Part shown: positions 44,571 to 51,339 of the stretch, in pieces
Numbering within the stretch: position 1 is the stretch's first letter
Layout: every line of letters starts with the position of its first letter
NCBI GenBank assembly: GCA_002256025.1
Contig: NKIB01013797.1
Span: 1-51,339, forward strand
Direction: 5' to 3'
Length of the DNA stretch: 51,339 bases
From: Asterionella formosa
Lineage: Eukaryota
Made by a program: the position numbers and the translations under genes
Notes under the pieces: generated by a model
The model's input: only the letters and a program-made list of their open reading frames with translations
Told to the model about the DNA's origin: nothing
Databases searched by the model: none

Positions 44571-46643
44571 CCATACAAACGTAGGATTCAATAGTCATGT
44601 CTTGTTGACTTTCGATGGACAATACAATGAGTTGAACAAGTTGCCAATAACATGCCACCAAAACTCAGCATTGGCAATGTTCTGCACATGTTGGTGATTA
44701 TCAGCCTCTCACACTCAACAAAACTAACTTGAAAAGTAAGATTGATGCTAACTTGTCTCTAGGAATGCATAGCTCAAGTTTGACTGCTGTTGAAGCCCAG
44801 TCAACTCACAAGACAGTCTCCAAGTCTCAAATGATATTATAATATCACTTTTCCAATCAAAAAATGAAAAAGGCCCACAGCATATTCTCCTGCTGCTAGC
44901 AGTAATACAAGATCATCGTGTTGCTACTTTCAACTTGCACTTTTCATATCTGTCCCATAGCATCAGTGGCAGTGGTGTTGAGTTGTGATTGAATATTGGC
45001 TTTGGCTTTGCCCCAACAATTGAATCCTTCTCCAGAATTATTTGAGGTGAGAAGGGACAAAAAAATGCATGGTCAACATGCAATAAAACCTTCTCATCAT
45101 CCCAAAATGCTCCCATTGTTTCTTTTTGTAGTCATCCTTTTGAATCAGCCTTGCACCTTTTAGAGAAACCAAGGTTTCTTTTTAATTAAAATCATGTGGT
45201 GCTTGCAACTATGGCTTGCATCAATTTCATGACTTTATTTGAAAAAAGTTTTCAAATGGAAGGTGTAGCTACAACTCCAGCCATCAAAGGAGTCAAAGAT
45301 AGTTACATAATTTATCCTTCTAGTAATACTAAAGGCTGATAACACAAACATTAAGAGTAGTACTGGTAGGCAAGTACAAATGGTCTACTAGCTAGTATAT
45401 AACAGACAATCATCTTGGTAATCTCCATGACCAGGAGGGCCCAGAGTGAGTATAAGGAATGGATTAACTCTCAAAATAAAATTTGAAACTTCGACACATG
45501 CTGGGTACCGTCGTTACTGCCTTATTTTTAACAGGACATGGATCAATCAAGATCCGTCATGCTACCAGCTACCTGTTACTACCCCTGGTACCAGGTAACA
45601 TTGACTTGTCATTTGACTCACTCTCCCCATTCCCGTTGGCGTTATCCAGCCATTCTCAGCATCTAGCCATGTACCAACAGTACCCTGGTACTCCAACCAT
45701 AGTTACTTACTGGTAGTTATTCAGTTGGTATATGCATACGGTATATATATTAACAATGTCTGATGAATGAATTACGAACGGTTTGGAGTATGGGTCGACA
45801 AGAAGGAGCATGATTCAGCAAATGATCCATGTGCCATCACGCAACACCATAATTGCCCCTCCGCCTGTGCCTTCTTCACTCCATGATGTGTTGAATCTTG
45901 ACAACGGAACCACGAATCATTTTTGTACTGTACATTGGTGTATACATGTATATATGTTGAATGACATCTCAATCATACACCACGTATATAATAATATTGA
46001 AAACTAGATAAAACCAAAATTCCCATGACAGGAGGGAAGATACCACAGCTCACAAGTGCGTTTTCAATCACTCGTTTGAAGTTAAATACCGGTTTGTACG
46101 GAAGTTTCTACCGTAGACAGAAAGTGTACCGAGGGAGAATGTCTTTTTGCTGATGGTGGTTTTCTGAACAAGTCACTGGTGTAGCATTCGTTTCTGCATG
46201 TACGAAGCATCCTGTAGCAACAAAAAGGAGACTTAGATTCTGAGCGATTGTGCTGGCATGGCAGGCAGAGGGTGGTCGTTTGTATTTTTTCGCCTTCTTC
46301 TGCATCACATCAGGCCGTCAGTGACTAATAATAATGCTGGTATTGATACCAGGTACCTGGTACCGTACCCTGGTACCAGGTACCGACATTTGAGTTCAGC
46401 TCCCAGTACATAAAATAGTTACCGATATCTACCCGGCGCTGTAAATACGGTCATCTCCCTGGCGAAAGCAAATAAATCGTCCATCAGCCAAACAACGAAT
46501 AAGGAAAACATTACGCTAAAAACTGAAGTGTTCACAGCGGACTTCTTCTCCCTGCAGAACCAATCAAAGCACAAAAAGTCTTGTGTTGCTGTCATTGAAA
46601 GGGTTCAGTTCTAGTTGTATGAAAGCCCACCATCAATAACACC

Positions 46644-47692
46644 ATGAGCACCTCCGTTCGATTATTGTTCTTTCTAGCCGTACTGTTGTCGTTGAGCACT
46701 TCATGGGCGTTTGTGTCGCCTCTCACGGTGAGTGTGCTGGTGCTGGTGCTAGTGCTGATTGCAATTCGGAAATCGGAAATCGAGTGGCAGCAAGAAGCAC
46801 CCTCATTCTAACCACACTTGTTTCTCTGTACACCCATCAGAACCGACCAACTATGATTCGCGTCACCGGCACCAGCACCAGCACCAGCAGAGCGCATCCA
46901 TTGTTCCTGTCCGATTCCAGCTTGAAGGCCCCGGAGGAACCAGCCTTGTTCAGAGGCGCAAACGACAAGCTGGACTTGGATACTGTCATGAACACCTCCA
47001 TTCTCTTACTACTGATTTCCGGCATTATACTTCAATTCTTGTCCTCGGTTGAGTTGGACCACATGCGAGGTTGGACTACTGCGGAAATGGCTCATGAGGT
47101 CCTACTAAGCAATTGGAACCGTTACATGAGTGTTCTGACGGAACACCCCATTGCCACCAAGGCCATGACGTCGGCATCGGTGTATGCCATTGGCGACGTT
47201 GTGGCACAAAGCACGGAAGGCAGGACCATGAAGGACCTGGATCGGATGCGGACCCTGCGATCCCTAACAGCAGGGCTTATTGGACATGGGCCGTTGTCTC
47301 ATGTATGGTACAACTTTAGTGAAGGACTCTTTACGAGTACCTTGCATTGGACGGCATGGTGGTCCTTTATACCGAAAGTGGTTTTGGACCAATCCCTGTG
47401 GGGGCCCATTTGGAACAATACATACATTGTTCTACTAGGGCTCATGAAGCGAGATTCGGTGGAGGCAATTATTGGTGACATTAAGCGCACGACTATCCCA
47501 TTGGTGGTATCTGGCTTGAAGTTGTGGCCATTGGCACATTGTGTCACATATGGACTCATTCCAGTTGAGAATCGATTGCTATGGGTCGATACTGTGGAAA
47601 TTTTGTGGGTCTCCATTATGGCCACCCAAGCTGCTGGTGCTACCAAGGAAAAAGATGCAAAGAATAACAGTGTGGTGGTTGACACCAAATGA
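46644..47692 (+). CDS. Mpv17/PMP22 family membrane protein with a plastid-type presequence, two exons, ~311 aa
   Basis: Exon 1 46644-46727 encodes MSTSVRLLFFLAVLLSLSTSWA|FVSPLT. Phase-0 intron 46728-46840 (GTGAGT...TTCTAAC...CATCAG). Exon 2 has HPIATKAMTS...GDVVAQ, KVVLDQ..WGP, SGLKLWPLAHCVTYGLIPVENRLLWVD. Confidence 0.88.
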
Positions 47693-47951
47693 ACAAGATT
47701 GTGTGGTCGTTTTGTGGCGCATACATACACACGTGTCCTTATTTCTTTATTTCTTCAAACCACCAACCATCACCGCTATTTGTTTGTCATTTATGTATTG
47801 ACCATCAGCTATACATTCATGTATCCCCCCTCCTCCCTCCATCCCCGTCTCGATATATATTATACAATTGTCATTTCTTACTGTAATACCATGATTTATA
47901 TCTTTTTATGTTCTGCAAATCATCATAAATAGCAAGGGATCCTCCTCATCG

Positions 47952-48788
47952 TCACCTTGTCGCTTCGCCTGCCAGTTGCTCCGCCACCATGGCATGATGC
48001 AATAGTCTTGATTTGACGATTATAAGACGTGGTAACATCCAACCCTCTGGTGGATCAATGGGATTCATCAAGTGTTCCAGACATTGCAATACGGCAGGAA
48101 TCTCACGATTACCGTTTATATCAATGGCCACCACTGTAGGATATCCACCATACAATACGTCTTGACACTTGGTCCGCAATTGTTTCGTCCCTTCTTCCGT
48201 CAAGGCATCTTCCAATGAAAACATACATTGTGGATACCTCTCTTTGGCAATATCAATGGAAACTTGTGATTTATCAATACCCAGGCACTGTACAGTACCA
48301 GTACTACTAGATACAGGCATCATTCCTAGATCATCACTTTCTGATAATGGCGGCTTGTCCAACATGGGAACTATTCCACCTTGTTGCACTCCACGTTGAA
48401 CTCGAGCCACCGTTTGTCCAAAATCACATCCAATTTCTAAAAATACATCCGTCCAATGCGTATGCGTGACACAACTGGTTCGATACGCTGGTGTTTCCGG
48501 ATGAATCATGACGAAATAAGACTGGGCATTATTGTGCAGGATGGGATGGATGTTACATCGTCGTACCCGATACGTGGATCCTTTTGGATATCGTACCAAC
48601 ACTCGTTCGTCATCATCCAATACAACTCGTGCTCTCTTATGACATACATTGGTCCCATGTGTAACAAAACAAAGTGTACCAGGAACCAATCGACGAGGAA
48701 ATAATACTGTTGCCACTTGCTCTTCTAAAATGTATTGATAGGGAGGATGATTGGTTATGCTTTGTGGCTGTGGTAGTTGAAGGGGCAT
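47952..48788 (-). CDS. SAM-dependent methyltransferase-like protein
   Basis: 278-aa ORF with motif I-like DVFLEIGCDFG, CLGIDKS, SLEDAL and VVAIDINGNR; small beta-rich N-terminal domain. Confidence 0.7.
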   Translation of the reverse strand: MPLQLPQPQSITNHPPYQYILEEQVATVLFPRRLVPGTLCFVTHGTNVCHKRARVVLDDDERVLVRYPKGSTYRVRRCNIHPILHNNAQSYFVMIHPETPAYRTSCVTHTHWTDVFLEIGCDFGQTVARVQRGVQQGGIVPMLDKPPLSESDDLGMMPVSSSTGTVQCLGIDKSQVSIDIAKERYPQCMFSLEDALTEEGTKQLRTKCQDVLYGGYPTVVAIDINGNREIPAVLQCLEHLMNPIDPPEGWMLPRLIIVKSRLLHHAMVAEQLAGEATR

Positions 48789-49637
48789 GATACGAAAGTG
48801 TGTGTTCCTTGTAATGGAAATTGAGCTACCATCAGTACATGCAATGAATTTTGATACTCTTCTTCATGAAAAGTCGGATTAGGGGTTTAGTGTTGTTTCC
48901 AACAGGAAGATAGTGGTACCGGCAGATATAACTGGGACGTGCGCCACAATAACATTTTCATGATATTAGCTATATATGGTGTATATATTATGAGCGATAC
49001 ATCCTGGCTGATGTAGTAATCATCGTTTTTCGTCCAACCATCAATACTGGTATATAAGTACAAATGCTGTATCATTCTACACCATAAGAATTAAAAGTCA
49101 TCTCTCGTGTTGCAAACAACGAGGAGGATGGGTCGGACATACAATACAACGCGGGCGGTAGCTGGAACATTAAAATCATTTAGCTGTATATTAGTTGGAG
49201 ACACCTTGATTGCACTCAAATATACTCGGTACTACGCTTGCACAGCTTGCTTTTGAAGGTGGTTCCGGTACCAGGTACCATGGTACCCCTTGTACCTCCT
49301 ACCAGTACTGTTCTCCAAGGGACAGCCGAACAGAACAACTTTCATTAGACTCCACGTGGAGATCTGCTGACGAAATTTGATGCCCCAGTATACTACCGGT
49401 AATTAGCTACCAGTATACTACCGGTAGGCTAAATATCCTATTTATTGCTTACCGGTACAAATACAACGTGCAACTGTACAGGGTAGATACCGGTAACATA
49501 TTTTATGTAGGCGCAACAAAGCACATCGATTGAGGGGTCGAGTGATCATACACCGAGCTGTCTCATCCCCTATACTCTCGCTCTCTCATCCCATCATCGT
49601 TGTGTAGAGTCATACACTCACTCACGCTCCATCCAAC

Positions 49638-50012
49638 ATGCTACTCTCCACAAATATAGCTACCCGCAGTTGGATGTCTGTAACTACAAGATTCTGGAGT
49701 CGAACGACGATTGTGCCCATGCAGATGCAGATGATACCGCAACTGCAGCAGCAACAAAGGGCACAACCAATGCCCTTGATGCTGACCATGATGACCCGCA
49801 TGTCGATGGAACATATGCACACTACCATTCATTATCCATTACTTCTACCTTCTTGGCTACAGCAGGGGATTTGGTTTATCAAACGAACATTTCAACCATC
49901 CATTGTTCGGCGTAAACGAAAAGGGGGATTTTTAGTACGACAGCGAACGGTTGGTGGGCGACGTACGATACGTCGACGACGTGCCAAAGGACGATGGCGT
50001 CTGGGGATATAA
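49638..50012 (+). CDS. MRPL34: Mitochondrial ribosomal protein bL34m
   Basis: C-terminal [41 protein letters not shown] is the L34 signature. The long Arg/Thr/Ser-rich N-terminal extension, almost free of acidic residues, fits a mitochondrial presequence. Confidence 0.92.
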   Translation: MLLSTNIATRSWMSVTTRFWSRTTIVPMQMQMIPQLQQQQRAQPMPLMLTMMTRMSMEHMHTTIHYPLLLPSWLQQGIWFIKRTFQPSIVRRKRKGGFLVRQRTVGGRRTIRRRRAKGRWRLGI

Positions 50013-51339
50013 AAATATAAAAGTGGATGAGTCTGGTGAGGGAGGAAGCGAAATGATGCAAGGAAGGAAGGGAAAATTAGTGTTTGTTTGCAGCAAGATG
50101 CTGGCTGTTGAGGTGGCTGTGATTGTAGTATTTTTCGTAGATGTTTCAACAGTTATTATGCAACATTATAGTGCAATAGAAACACACCAGAAGAACTATC
50201 CTAATATAATTATTAACATATCGTTATCATATACTAAACAAAGCACGAACTTTGGTGTTCCGTGAACCAATAGTTGGACTACCTCTAGGAGGACTTTTTT
50301 CCTTTTAACTTTTCAAGTTGGATGAAAATATTAGTAAAGCATACGAGGAATAATAGCAATCTACCATCGAAAAAATGTTGAAAGTAGAACCACACCATTG
50401 ACTGACTTTGACTTGATCGAGGAGGAGCCCAGCTGTTTGGCAGGGGTCGTGTTTTCTGACAAATGGAGACAATGTGAGGTCAGGTGTGATTACTATAGGA
50501 AGGTTGTATCAGGCAATATCATAGCCCGAAGCTAAATTGGTTACAATATACAAAACTGTCTCCTCTCCAACAAGGTGGATAGAAATTTTCACTTCCTAGC
50601 TAGCTACTGAACATCTGGGGATGTTATGTTTGAATGTTGAACGAACACACTGTTTCGCAGCTGTGTTGCCATTTTCATATCTCGATTCTCAGTTTACTTG
50701 CAGTATTATTCTCGCTCACGATTTCAGGATAAGGCACTCTGACCGGAGTACATATTGATTGTCAGTCTGCCTCTACTACCTACGACATGTTCATTGCTGA
50801 TTGCATTATTATAAGAATGTATCATGCTTTGACTTGCTAGTATGATCTCCTTCTCTGACTCTCGCTGTTTCGCAATGTTAGAGAAATGAGACGCTTTTCT
50901 GTATCTGTAGACCGGGTTTGAAAGGCAAGCCCGCTTGGTATTGCAATGTTACAGTGCCTGATGGTAGCTAATACTTGTATGATGAGGTTCAGCATTCACC
51001 AACGTGTCACATCTCATGTTGTCTTTTATGACAGAGAATGGTTCCCAAGTTGGATTCGTTTGGAGAAAAAATAGCAATGATTTTTACGATGTCCTCTAGA
51101 AAGTATGTTGGGTGTTAATGAAACCTTTTGCATACGAGATAGATTCCAATGTGATGGTTGAGTTTCGAGTCGTGATTCAAACGTGGTTTTTTCCCTGGCC
51201 GCTGCTACCTAAGAATTCATGGGAATTCACATGCATTGTCTTCAATCCTCACGCTTGTACACGCGGGACAAAAGTATAGAGCAGTACGGTAATTTGTACT
51301 AGACTAGTAGAAATTGCCTAATAAGAGTAGACAAAGCTA

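Noticed and set aside
46703..47692. ATG 46703 as the primary start of the Mpv17 gene
   Set aside because: An upstream exon from 46644 gives a clean signal peptide + AF motif with canonical splice signals. 46703 is kept only as a possible alternative start.

Overview
Eukaryotic, intron-poor genomic window, most consistent with a diatom or other secondary-plastid stramenopile. Several genes carry signal peptide + ASAFAP-like plastid presequences, introns are short GT-AG, and the transposon types fit. It holds about 19 host protein genes: BT1 folate/biopterin transporter, RluA-type pseudouridine synthase, alpha/beta hydrolase, UBA-fused ATP-dependent DNA ligase, two Fe(II)/2OG-type oxygenases, Mpv17/PMP22 protein, methyltransferase-like protein, mitochondrial bL34, a thylakoid-lumen protein and several orphans. 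Between them lie PIF/Harbinger and piggyBac-type transposon sequences, a 1.5-kb TIR element, two copies of a tRNA-headed SINE-like element and a ~270-bp tandem array. The standout is a cluster at 14.4-23.4 kb of four two-exon SAM-domain/coiled-coil/Pro-rich/glycine-zipper genes arranged as two head-to-head pairs. Two SAM head types (A, B) are combined with two glycine-zipper tail types (X, Y) in all four ways (A-X, B-X, A-Y, B-Y), and the tails within each pair are almost identical inverted repeats. Also notable are a three-member orphan gene family, promoter-proximal GGTACC(A/T)GGTACC palindromes, and an intron-exon hairpin in the Mpv17 gene. All calls come from reading the sequence by eye; no searches were run.
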